A stretch of DNA of 49,807 bases, counting the filler, from Ionaspis alba (lineage: Eukaryota): assembly GCA_964255285.1 (NCBI GenBank). It is 2 parts of 2 records of this genome, joined end to end, with 100 filler letters (N's around TTAATTAATTAA, not from the genome) between each part and the next. Parts side by side here need not be neighbours in the genome. Positions count along the whole stretch, not along the records: positions 24,972 to 49,807 come from CAXUUL010000165.1; 1 more part is not named here. The stretch is one strand, 5' to 3'. Shown here piece after piece: positions 24,972 to 39,704 of the stretch. The translations under genes and the position numbers were made by a program. The notes under the pieces are model-generated. The model ran no database searches. It was not told the origin of the DNA and saw nothing but the letters and a program-made list of their open reading frames with translations. The first letter of the stretch is position 1, and every line of letters starts with the position of its first letter.

Positions 24972-25833
24972 CCCTTCTTCCCCCCCTTCTCTGCCGTCCC
25001 CATCGCAGCCTCTCTCTTCTTCCTTTCCTTCTCGTCCATCCCGTCCAGCCGCTTCTTCTCCGCCTCTTCCCTTTCCTCCTTCTCCGCCTTCTTCCGCGCC
25101 GCCTCCATCTCCCTTTTCTCCCTGATCAACGATAATCGCGCGAGATCGGCCTTCGCCTCGTCGGTTTTGCCCTCCGCATGCAGCTTCTGGTACCGCTCCT
25201 TGGCCTGCTGCGCTTGGAGTGCCTCCCGCTCACGACGGCTGAGCTGGCCGATCGGGGTTGATTTCGACGATGCAGATTTCGAGGGCGCCGCTAAGGGATC
25301 GATGGGAGCGGCAGATGCCTGAGAGCGGGATTTGGCGGTGTGGTTTGGGTTGGCCGGCGCGATATCATCGGAGTCGGATTGTCCTTCTGATGAGGATGGG
25401 AGATCTCCGGGTGCGGCGACCTTCTTGGATTTCTTGGCTATGGCAGCTTCTTTCTTTGCCTTTGCTGCTTGACGCCGCTGTTCACGAGTCATTTCGGTTT
25501 TGGATGTGTCCTCTTCTTCTGAGGACTCTTCGGAGGATTCTTCTTCTCCGTCAGAAGAGGACTCGGATTTCGCAGCATCTCGAGGGTCCTGAGAGGCATT
25601 TGATTTTAGTGGGTAGCCAGAGGCGAGGCTGAGGATAGATAGACTTACACCCCACATTCCGACTGGGTTGCCATCGGCGTCTAGAGGAGTAAGATTCTTG
25701 CTGAAATGCTTACCCCCTTGGACAGACGTGTCAGTTGACTGTGCCTCTCACAGACTGCAGCATGGATGAATGGCTTACCTCCTCTTGTAGGTTTGCTAAA
25801 CTTCCCCCCACGACCCCTGCCTCCTGGCGGCAT
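24972..25833 (-). CDS. PDGFA-associated / casein kinase substrate phosphoprotein PP28 (PDAP1-like), 3 exons (25833-25779, 25716-25649, 25588-gap); 3' end runs into the gap
   Basis: [27 protein letters not shown]...GMWG|; acidic Ser/Glu tract; [47 protein letters not shown]28 motif. Confidence 0.85.
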
Positions 25834-26720
25834 GATCACAAAGAACTGTTACTGTTCTGAAGTATTGTATGTTGGTGCCGGTTGATGTTGGCTACGTAGG
25901 CTACGTAGGACAACAGCTCCGAGGTTTATCGAGATTGCCGAGGGTATTAGCAAGATCTTGAGTGTCGACAATTATGGCGAGGTGTTTCGTTGAAGGGCTA
26001 CCGGCAGGACGAAGTGAAGGAGTAGAGGTCAAGAACGAAAATCGTCAAAAATTGCACAAAGCTCCGGAGTCATCGAACGTCCCACTTTCTGTGTTGTTCA
26101 TCCGCAACGCTAACCATTCCGTATTCATACTAGCTTTCTTTCTCTATATGCCAATGCAACTTCCCACTTCTCTTCAACTTTCTCCTTCACATAAAACTCA
26201 TCCCTCCATATTCACTCTGGCTTTTCCCGCCAACGTGCATCTGTGGGTATTCCTGGAGGGGAAAATGGAGGGAAGACTAAGAACTTAATGACGCCGTAAC
26301 TTACCCCTCAGCTTTCAAACTCTTGATGAGGTCGAGGAAATATATTCATGGCGAAACAAAACTAGATGCAGAGCGATATTCTGCATCGTGTAGGGACTCT
26401 ACCAGAGTACGTCCCAAGTTTTGAAACTCTTTTGAACGTTATCCCTATCTTCATACCTCGTCATCAAAACAGGAACCTTGGGGTAGTGATAGTGACACTA
26501 TAAGTTAAGAATCCTGTCGCCAGGTGTTGCTATTAAACCCTATGTCTATACCTCTAAACCTATCAGTCCTCGTCGCCAGCCATCAATGCATGAAAAAGCG
26601 AGTACCAGCCATCTACAACTCATCTTGACCACCCAAAACGCCTTTCGGTACCCAGTACGCTCCACCAACCCCGACCCCAATACCCAACACATCCCAGATT
26701 CCCCAGTGCTACGATCAGCA

Positions 26721-27690
26721 TTACCAGCACTTCAACCTTGCCCATATCCCGCCTCTTTTTACCTTGCCACTCGGCCGACCTGCCGAGTCCACGCCTCCTA
26801 GGCCACCTCCCTTCTCATTCAACGGTGCCAAGGGTTGCGTTCTGGAGAAGGCAGGATCCGCGGTGTGGTGATGTAGGCGAGGCGGCTTCTCAGAAGGAGG
26901 AAGGGAATGGAGGCGACGAGCTTCGACAACGCGACGAACGATTACTAACGAGCGCTATTAGCGAGTGCCCATCCGTCGGCACAGACATTGCAATCTACAA
27001 GCAAAAGTCTCCTCCACGTTCACGCACTCCCTCGCACTCGTCTCCATAAAGCCGCATCCCCTTCCCTTTGCCCACTCCAGCCCGTCCCGACTACTGATCC
27101 TCCTCGAGTCTTTCAAATCACATTTGTTCCCCGCCAGGATCTTGATCGGTGGCACACCTCCTGCATCTTCCCTGTTCTCGGCTTCTATATCGATCATATT
27201 GAGAAAATAAGGCAAGGTATCGTACAACGAGGATGGAGACGTAATATCGTAGACGAGGAGGAAGGCATCGGACTGTAGATTGGAAGCTGCCCACAGCGAC
27301 CGGTATTCCTCTTGTCCGGCCGTGTCAGTGAGGGAGAGCGCGTAGGTGGCGCCGTCGATGACGCGGGTTACAGAGTAGGAGTCCTCTGAGAAAGCATCAG
27401 CGGGGCAAGGGAGGTCGAAGTGAATTGCGGGCACGAGTACCTATGGTCGGATCGTATCTGAGAAATTGTCAGTCGGTGGAGCGGTAGAGATAGATCGAAC
27501 GGAAGCAGAACTTACTCATGTGTCCATTGACTTCGTACCAGACGCAATGTGATAGATGATTTGCCTGGCAGGATCGGCATAAGCCTGTTGCGCTTTGCTC
27601 AAGATTCAAGCCTCTCTGGCGCGACATACCGCATCCTCCATCTCCGCAGATCGTGATCGTTATCCTCTTCGTGTCCTCCATGTCCTCCAT
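26721..27690 (-). CDS. Ras-family small GTPase, 5 exons (27690-27630, 27564-27516, 27457-27441, 27385-26999, 26944-26721)
   Basis: G1 GDGGC|GKS, effector loop EYDPTI|EDSY (17-nt microexon), G3 DTAGQEEY, G4 NKCD, G5 ETSAR; C-terminus ...WARLKCW. Confidence 0.9.
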
Positions 27691-28435
27691 TTCCACACTA
27701 TGTCCACCTCCTCGGCGCGCCCACAGCCTCGCGACCCGGTATTTCCTTTATGCAACGAATCACCCGACCACTATCTCGCGGCTTGTCGGTGCTTGTCGCT
27801 CGTTGTGGTGTCAAGCGTCTCCGTTCAATGTCGGGATTGGTACGGCTTAACTCCTTGGAGTCTGACGGGCCCACTTCTCGATAACGGCCACAACGTTCCT
27901 TCCCTGTTACCTACCTCGACAAACAAACCTCTGTTCAGCCCGGCGCAAGTCGATAGGTAGCTCTGTCTCCTTGGCTAGCAACAATCTCACCCTTCCCGGA
28001 GCACAAACAAGCCTGCAAACAAGCTTTGTCGATCGACTGGACTCTCCGTCAACATCGAAAGCTTTATTGGAACAGAGATAAGAGATGAGAGATACCCTTC
28101 AGTTGGAACTGGCCCCGACGTTCCGCAGGCCACCGCAGAGATGATGGAGTAAAGAGACGGCCTTCTGCCGGCACACATTGGACTCCCTCTCCACCACTGT
28201 TCTCCAACCTCCATGACCATCCTCCTTTTTCCGTTCCAAACCCCATTCCGGCGTCGCTCAAGATGGCTAAGCGTTGGCGCGACGCAAGGGTTACTGCTTT
28301 GGCGGGGCTTTAGTTCTTGCGTGATCGACGAATGACGCTGCGTTTCAGATCTGTGGCTTGTCTTGGCGAGGACCGATTGGGAAAGTGGGGTCGATGTAGG
28401 AGGTCGTTCTTGGTGGTGGATGAGGGCAAAATACG

Positions 28436-28483
28436 TGGCATGATTGGAGGAGGAGTGGCATGAGTGAAGGAGGAATGGCATGA
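28436..28483. repeat. Degenerate 20-bp-period tandem array with core TGGCATGA x3
   Basis: TGGCATGA starts at 28436, 28456 and 28476, separated by purine-rich GGAGGA-containing spacers. Confidence 0.7.
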
Positions 28484-28987
28484 GGCAAAGCAGATAGTGG
28501 TATGCACATGTGCCTCAATGGTCCCAATGTCGATATAGTTGAAGGTACAGGAACATTCATAGCATCGGCCTTGGGTAACAGAAACTAATTATGGTAGCTG
28601 GCGGAAATGCTTGTTGCAGGCCATAGAACATTACAGTGCATCGATCAGATATGAACACCCTTCATCAGCACAAGCCAAGTCGAGCAGAGGAAAGCTCGCA
28701 ATCCCATAATTAGCAGAACATCCTTTCATCGTTACGCCGTGCCTAAAAAAAATGAAAGGGAAAAACAAAAACAACACGCTTTCTGCTGACACTCAGCCCA
28801 GCCCCCATTTTGTGAGCCAAAACAAGCCGTACACACCCATCACCATTCCCACCAAGGCCCGTCCAGAAAACAGCAGATAGTGGGTATAGGTAAAAATTGC
28901 AGAGAGCAATCCTTCAGCGTCCATCGAGAAAATTCCAGATCGTTGCGGTCCCCTGTCACAAGGTTGAAAACAAACTCCATACCCGAC

Positions 28988-31900
28988 TCATCGCGACCCG
29001 CCAGATTTACCGTTCTCCATAGGCTCCACCCCTTCCTCAATCTTGGTCGGTATGCCCCCCCCGTAGCCCTGCGAAGCCATGGCCTCCATCCGCGACGTCT
29101 TTGCGTTGTGGGAATCGGCATTCTGTGCGTGCGGAGACTTCTTCCCCTGTGGCGACAGGGATGAGGTCGGAGGATGGTGTTCTGCTGCTTGACCGGGTGA
29201 CGACTGAGTGGGCGACGCGGATGATTTGTCGTTCTGCTGTGATGTGCGAGGCGATACGCGTCCGTTCTGTCATTGCGAATCAGTAGCGGTATACTACTTT
29301 TCACGATGGGGTAATGTTGGGACAAAACAGAGCTTCCCTCCTGAAGATGCCAAACTTCGAAGACGAACTTATGGAGCCGAAAGAACAAATATTGTACAGG
29401 TGGGGTGCAAAAGGAGGATACTGCACGGCCGTTTCATTGTCACAAACGAAAAAATGCATGCTCACCTGTTTGGCCCACCTCAGCCCGCAACTGTTGCAGA
29501 GGTCCCGGTTGCCACTGGGTCCTCTCCTCCACTCCGGCGTCGAGCGGGTATGACAGTTAGCGCAGTCTTTTTGTAGTTGACCGGCACATTTGCGTCTCTT
29601 TCTTTTCTTCTTGCTGGACAGAAGACTCTGCAACTCTTCTACAAGCAACCTATTTCGTTTCTCCATCTGGCGTAATTCGAATTGCCAGCTGGTACTCCTG
29701 GTCGTCTTGAGCTCATCGAAGACGTTGTCTTCGGAAGCAAGAGCTTCGTGCTGAGTCCCAATGGCTAAGCCACTTCCCCCGGGTTGTGTGACCACTCCTT
29801 CAGGGTGTGCATTAGAGTTCAACGAGTGAGGAGTCGTGGTTGACTTCGAACCTTGGGTGCCTCCGGATCGATTGGTGGATGGTGTGTTGGAACCGACGGA
29901 TTCCTGGTCAGTCTTGCCCGCCGTACCCGTCGTTGCCTTGTTAGATGATGATGGCGTTGCTCGCGTCATTTTTAGAAGCCTTGTCTGTGCGATGAGGAAG
30001 GTTGGCTTCTGTCCTGCAACAGCGTCACCGGGATAGATCGTGGTTTGCGCATGCAAGGTCTGGCCCCGCTTATTGTGCACATCGTGCTTGAAGGTGGCGC
30101 GAACACCAGTACGTGCAAGCTCGAGGGCCTTGCCAAACTCGAGCTTCGACTCGGACCGCATCAACGCTTGTGCGCTAGTTCCGACCAAGTCATCTGGCTG
30201 GTGGTCGAGTAGGTTCTTCACATTTGACGAAACAAAGAGGAACATCCCGGACGTTGACATTTTGGTCCACAACTCGCTCTCTCCTATGCCTCCAGCGGCA
30301 ATAATATCGTTCCTGGCCAGCGCATAAACAGGTCGTTCTCGGCCGACCAAGATGATGCATTTCTTTCCTTTTCCCTGTTCGGTATGGAGGGAACCGTGAC
30401 TCTCGAACCACGTGTAGCCACTGTGTTTGCGTCGAATCCTGAACACAACGTTCACCGCGGCACCAGTCGATGTATCTTTGAGCTCTCTCGTCACCGGTAC
30501 AATGTCGCTGGGGTGACAGACAGAAGACAATGCAGTTCCCACCAGTTCGTGCGGGTCGTACTCGAGGATCTTGCGACTTGAGGGAGACAGATACAGGAAG
30601 AGTCCTTTCAACGACAACACGTGAACCACATCGTCGGTGTTCTCAAGCAATACTTTGTCCCATATGCGTTTGGAAAGCTCGGATTCGCCACTACCGATGG
30701 TGCTCAAAACAGTAGATACCTCATCACGCCCAATGGTTTGGCCTAAATCTCCGTCCCGGTGATGACTGGTCTCTGGCGTATTGAAGACGTACCTGGGAAG
30801 CAGCCCACGCTGGTAGTTGATTGCATACGAACCATCTACCCAGCCAGTTAGTGACTGCACGGCATGGAGTGAATTGACCGAAGAAAACTTGCCTGGGTTT
30901 TTGTTTGTGATCGAGGTCGGTTGTTCGACCAGATCAACCTGGAATCCTACATAATACTTGATGCCATCGCTATTGTAAGCAATGGGAATCATTGTCAATA
31001 GATTCATGAACGGCTGGCCCCCTTTCCGGTAATTGATCAGACTGATCTGCGCTTCTTGTCTCTGATTGATCATGTTCTTCAGGTGGAGGACAGCCTGATC
31101 GTCCACGTATTTTCGTTTCAGACCGGATTGCACTTTCCCATCGGGCGCTTGGAGGAAGCGACAATTACGGCCCAGAATCTCATGCTTCGTGTATCCTGTC
31201 AATCGCTCGAAGATATCCGAGCAGTACACAATAGGAAGGTCGTGCTGGGTCACATCGCAAACAACAAAAGCGCAAGACATATCGACAGCACCAATGTTGA
31301 TTTGCGGCTTAGGCCGAGAAGCGACTCGCATGAGCACACCGAGCATATCAAAACCGCTGCTTGAATATACATTGCGGTATTGCGGTATGTTGGAATTTGC
31401 TGGCGTATTAGACAGTGGTTCACCGGTCGTGAATGTATTCACGTTGAGGGAACGATTCTCATGCTCGAGTTCGAGATTGATATTGGTGGTCTGTTGAGGA
31501 TCTTGGGATTGGGTGTTGAAATCTGGCATGTCCTGTATAATTGACGCATTCGCTCCCGAGAGCTTGGCGGACTGAGGAGGCATGCTGCCTTGCATCATCT
31601 GCATTGGATCTGACATGTTCATGTTGGGCATTTTGTCCATTAGGTCCTGCTCTGCACCATTGCTTAGAGTAGCAGGCTCGGACTCCTGGGTCAAACTTTG
31701 CATCGAATCTGATCGGTGCTGGTGTATTGGGGATGATATCAGAGAGGAGCCAAAGTTGGCCTGTGAGAAGACATTCATGGGAGTTACATTTCGATCAATA
31801 CTTTGATCGAGCACGCCGCCAGTAAAGTCCATCCCAAGTCCGAGGGTCTGTGGCATGAAGTTACTGGCAACGTCGAGGTCCAACGATTCCGAAGGATTCA

Positions 31901-32414
31901 TCGTCTGGTGATATACGGGTGAATGGGTCATGGGACCAAACCCGTTTGTCATATCTTGAAATTGAGTATTCAGGCCCAGGCTCTCAGCGGGATCTCGCCG
32001 CATCGCTGTTTGACTGTCCATCCTCCGCTGAGCAATTGTACCCCCTCGACCATGTGAGTGACTAGTCGTGTCTGTGTGCATAGGTGAGGGATCGAATTGG
32101 AAGCCGTCCAGATCGTTGCCTGCGCGGGGACCAAACTCCAGCATGGATGACCTTCGAGGATCAGCTTCCTGGCTCGACCGTGGAGCTCCATACTGCTGGT
32201 GGTAACTCCTCCTCCGTTGCAATTCCTTGTTGTTTTGGTTAATAATTTCTTCCAACGTTTGACCCCCCATCATCCCAGCGCTACTAAGGCTGCCTGATCC
32301 CATCATACTCATCATAGCATGCTGGTTGTTGGCCTGAGCGAGACGCTGCAGATCGGAGGAAGAATACTGTCTGCCATAGAATCCACTCATGTTTCCCACA
32401 TTGGCTTGATCCAT
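28988..32414 (-). CDS. wc-1: White Collar-1 blue-light photoreceptor / GATA transcription factor; exons 32414-30893, 30835-29466, 29266-28988 (true start may lie in an upstream exon)
   Basis: LOV domain with photoactive Cys (ILGRNCRFLQAP) preceded by YSSSGFDMLGVL; two further PAS domains; basic KKKRKRRK; GATA finger CANCHTRSTPEWRRGPSGNRDLCNSC; last exon begins NGRVSPRTS. Confidence 0.95.
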
Positions 32415-33451
32415 GTTGAGTCCGACCTCTCTTATCCACTCAGCCTCTGGTGCTTGGATGCATCCAACCAGCCCAGTGTCCAGCTTTGAAGAGCGACTAG
32501 AACCATCCGACAATTATATGGGTAGGCGCTTGAACGCATGGAGCTTTTTTCGAATGACTGGCCTTCAAGGTCCCCAGGAGATCATATCGCACGTAGTCCT
32601 TCGCGATCAATATTGGTGTCTGTAAGCCAGACCTCCGAAGCAACGCACGACCTAGGCGACAGATAGTCAGGCCGATGCTACGCAGCGAGTGAAAACCAGC
32701 CTTTAGAGACGTCGTCCTTGTGGCTTTCGTCGAGTCCAATGCGGGTCGGCGGTGCGTGGGATGCGGCTGTGGAGACAAGAGGGGAGCGAGTCGGCGAGTA
32801 GGCGGAATCGTACGAGCGATAGTTTGGGTGTGCGGGAGAACTGGCGTCGCAGAGATCGCACAATGGAAGAGCTGGCGACAGCGGCGATTGGAAATTCGAA
32901 GATGCTGAAAGGTCAGTAGTCCTCGGAAGGCTGGCAAAGGCGGACCTTAGATGGTCGAAAGAGGACTGCTGCGGACAGTTGACTAGTAGGGGATAGCAGA
33001 TACACTATATGCCGACGACACAATCTAGCAGGAGAGGTGCACCTGCCAAACGTTGTTTTCCCGCCGTGGCCGTTGACTTGCTCCGAGTAGTACTGCTGCC
33101 AATGGCGCTTCATCTGCCATCCAGTCGGCAGGAGGTTCGAGGGCCTTGGCGGTGTCTCGGCTAAGACCGACTGAGGACTCAGTAGTGGGCGAGGGAGTGT
33201 GTGAGTGTCTGACTACCGTCCTCGGGATGCGACCCAGTCGGCCACCTTTCCCCGCAATTCCTCCCTCATTGGTGTGCTGCCGTGCCAACATCCCGAATGC
33301 GGGAATGATGATCTGAAGATTGCACAGTTCACCCGTCGTTCTGCAGATTACATGTACTCTACGGACTATCTACCGAGTACAACGATTCTGCTATTGCCAT
33401 GGTTGTGATGCTGTTAGGAAGAGCGACAGCTTATGCCCGATGTCCACCAGG

Positions 33452-36148
33452 TCAGTCTCCAGCTCCCTCAATCATACCATCCATATTATCCTCTCCTCCA
33501 GCACCCGCCTGTACTCGAGTGTCCTGCTTGTACCAAAGCTCCGCCAGGAATGCAGAAGTAGACGCCTCTTCGATGCTTTTGTCCTCTCTGACCTTCAAGA
33601 ACCGGGGAAATCTCATGCTCAACCCTCTTTCTGCGCTGACTAGACCTATTGCAGCGGTATAGGTAGGACTCATTGTAATATCAGCAAATGCCATTTCCCA
33701 CACCTCTTGTGGCTCAAACCAGACGTCGGGGTATCCGGAATATTCGATATAGCCAGGCCTCGAGATCACATTGTCGCTCCCTTCGGCATACTTCTCTTTA
33801 TTGGCTTGGTAGAACTTGTCCGTGAATCCACTGATACATTTCGTCACCGCTTCAAGGCTGCCGTTTTCTGGGTTTCTCACTGCCAGCAGTATTGGAGACC
33901 ACCATTTGGCCTTACGTCCGGACCCATGCCAAGCTGCGATGGGTATGAGATCTATTGTATCTGCCGAGGTATTGTAGTCCTTCTTGACTTTGAGCCACGA
34001 GTCAAGTCGTTTATCTGGTTCGTAGGTCGAAAGCAAAGCCTTGCGCCGAGTGCGTTTCTCCCTCTCTTCTGTGACGTCGACTCCATTTTTAGCCTTCCCA
34101 GTCCTGATACCCTTACTAGATAGCGGGACCGATTTGGGGTCAGTCTCTTTGTTGTCTGGACCGTTCTCACTCAATACCTGCAAAAAAGAGTTCGGAACAT
34201 TGTCGAGCACCTTGACCATGATACCTTCGCACTTGATCTCGGTCGCGCTTTTGAAGAATTCAAGAACCACGTCGGAGTCGGCGGAGCTAGCGTCTATGCT
34301 CTTGACCCAGGTGAATCTGTTCGGGACCTCCACGAAAAGACTGCGTAGTAATTCTCTTCTTTCGCGAAATGGTCGGTCCAGCAATTCTTCCCCATTCAAG
34401 TACATGAGATCGAAAGAGAACAAACATACATCAACCTTGATCGAGCCGATAGCGACATCCTTTCGTGCACGATTCGTAAGAGTTTGAAACGCCTTCAATT
34501 CGCCAGATCCATGATCAACTGCGACAACCTCTCCTTCGATGATAAAGCTACTGACCCCTTCACCCCGTATCTCGGGTACCAATGCCACTAAGTCAGGGTA
34601 CTTTTCCGTCATCACTTCCAGATGTCGTGAGAATATTGACACCCTACCTCTCTCATCACAGTGCACCTGTGCTCTTTGACCATCATACTTGTATTCGCAG
34701 CTAAAGTCTCGCCCTTGCAACTTTGTGAGCATCTCGCTCAAGTCTCGAGTGATACTGCCGAGCATGGGTCGAAGAGGAATATGGAGTGCAAGCCCACAAC
34801 GGACTAGTAATTCATTAGAGATACCGACCTGCAGTAGACTTGGTATAAGGTCGTTGTAGTTGGGTCGGCGAGCGAAACAGGCCTTGATAAGCTCCTCTCC
34901 TTTGGAAAATACTTCTGCTAAGGCATCCTTTTTTAATTTGGCCAATTCGCTGGCAGCGCGAATCGCGAACGTCGAGTCTGGGGGCCGAGAGAGTAGGAAC
35001 GCACGGGACAGCGCTATGAGCATGGTCGTCTTCACAGCGCCAATACGTAAATGTTGAACCAATGTGCGAACAATGTACCTACTTTCTTCAGCCCCTTGCG
35101 CATCCTGCAATAGTCTTTCCACGATCTGCTGTTTGAACTCTTGACAACCACTACCTTTACTGTTGGCAATTTTGATCAGACTATCGTAGACTCCTATGAT
35201 TGTGAGAGGTTTGGGTTTCCGAAGAGTGAAAGTTTGTCTCTTTTTCGCTTCAAACGCAACATCTCCAGCATCTCCATGCTTATCGTATAGTGACTTCAGG
35301 CCAGAACTATCGAGACCGTACACGTTCTTCAGAGCTTTAGAGATAGCTGATCCGCCAAGACCTAGCTCCAATGAAATAAATGGAGGTGAAATCGCATTGG
35401 TGGCGAGCCACACCTGTACAGTAGTTAGCAATTTGCTGTCTAACGAGCGGTTCTGTCTCTACCTGCTTACAGCTGAGAGTAAGCTTCCTGGGTCACCTTC
35501 GATGATCGTTCTCAGTAGGTTCACCAAAGTATCCACGATCTTGATTCGACTCTGTGTGCCGTTTACGAGGATAAAGCATTTCGTAAGTAGCCCATAAGAT
35601 GCATGCCCGCCGATACCATCCCACTGCTGCCTTAACTTTGACAAGTATTTGGATGGGTCAAAGGTCAAAGAGTTCTCGTCAAAGGGCAATGTCGCAGTGA
35701 TGCTATCCTCCGCCACAGCCGCTGATTGTAGCGAAAGGGTCGTCCTCTTTTCCTCATATCCAATACTATTCCCAGTACAAGTTTCTTGCAACTGGTTCAC
35801 GACTTTCGATGAATTCAGTTCATCGACCGTATGATGAGACAATCCATCATATTCTGGAAGCAGACTCTTTTCCCCTACGATGGATTGGCTCTGGTCGTGG
35901 GAGCCTTCTTTGTTCCACTCATCTTGCAGCTGTCGAGCGTACTCTTCATCGGTGAGATCCGCACAAGGCACGTCGTCCTGAACTTTCAGCGGCGCTGTCT
36001 GCGTGTGTCCTACCTCCGCTGCCGCTCGAGTTTCAACGACGTTGTCCGACTCTTTCTTTTGTTTTCCAAAAAAGAAATCCAGGCTCCGTCCAGGTTGTGG
36101 TGAGGATTGTATATTATTTTTCTTCCGCCGTTTCGCGGGTGACGACAT
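33452..36148 (-). CDS. ATP-dependent DNA ligase of the ligase I family (probably the second fungal paralogue, S. pombe Adl1-type), 2 exons (36148-35471, 35413-33452)
   Basis: Adenylation motif EYKYDGQRAQ; EGEVV, FDLMYLNG, EGIMVK, WLKVKKDY, SMRFPRF; N-terminal PIP-like SLDFFF. The paralogue assignment is inference. Confidence 0.92.
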
Positions 36149-36405
36149 GTTTCGACTGATGTATCCATACGCAGAAGTAGTATGTCATTGCAATATTGTT
36201 GTGGTTTGAAGGAGTCGATTGGAACACGGTGGTTCTTCTTGTTTACAAGTCCCATATACCTAGAAGGTATCTTGGGGGTCCTTATGCAGGGACAGGCTTT
36301 GACCCCCACGACAGTCTGCCCGTCTGCCAAGCCTGTTTAGTCAATCTTGAGACCAAGGCACTTTCAACGGCCACAATTGCTTCTTGTGAACGCTTTTCTA
36401 TTGCG

Positions 36406-39368
<2,963 letters not shown>

Positions 39369-39704
39369 GCGATCAGACTCCAACTACTACCTGGCCACTG
39401 CAGGTCTATTCAGTGCTGCTGTCACCAAATCCTCGTTCACCATTCCCTCCTGCCGATGCCTTCTGGAACGTCGTGGTACACATACGCATCGTTTTTCGCG
39501 GGTTATCCCTCAGCTCCACGACCTGGAACCACAAATCTATCAAGAGCAGGCAAGAAATTTCGGGAATGAGATAGTGACAACGTCTTATACAGCAGAACAA
39601 GATGCATTCGCCAACGATGTAGTCCTATGTTTGTTGGTTTCTCTATGTTGCAACCAATTCATCCGAATCCCAGTGTCCAAACTCCACCAAACTATACTCG
39701 TCGT

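Noticed and set aside
29421..29466. Possible [D1,2] stwintron in the wc-1 last intron (G|GTGAGC...CAG|TATCC)
   Set aside because: Two-step splicing would frameshift the NGRVSPR exon, and the internal branch site is poor.
28988..36148. wc-1 next to a DNA ligase as a light/DNA-repair module
   Set aside because: Adjacency alone is expected in a compact genome, and I saw no shared regulatory signal.
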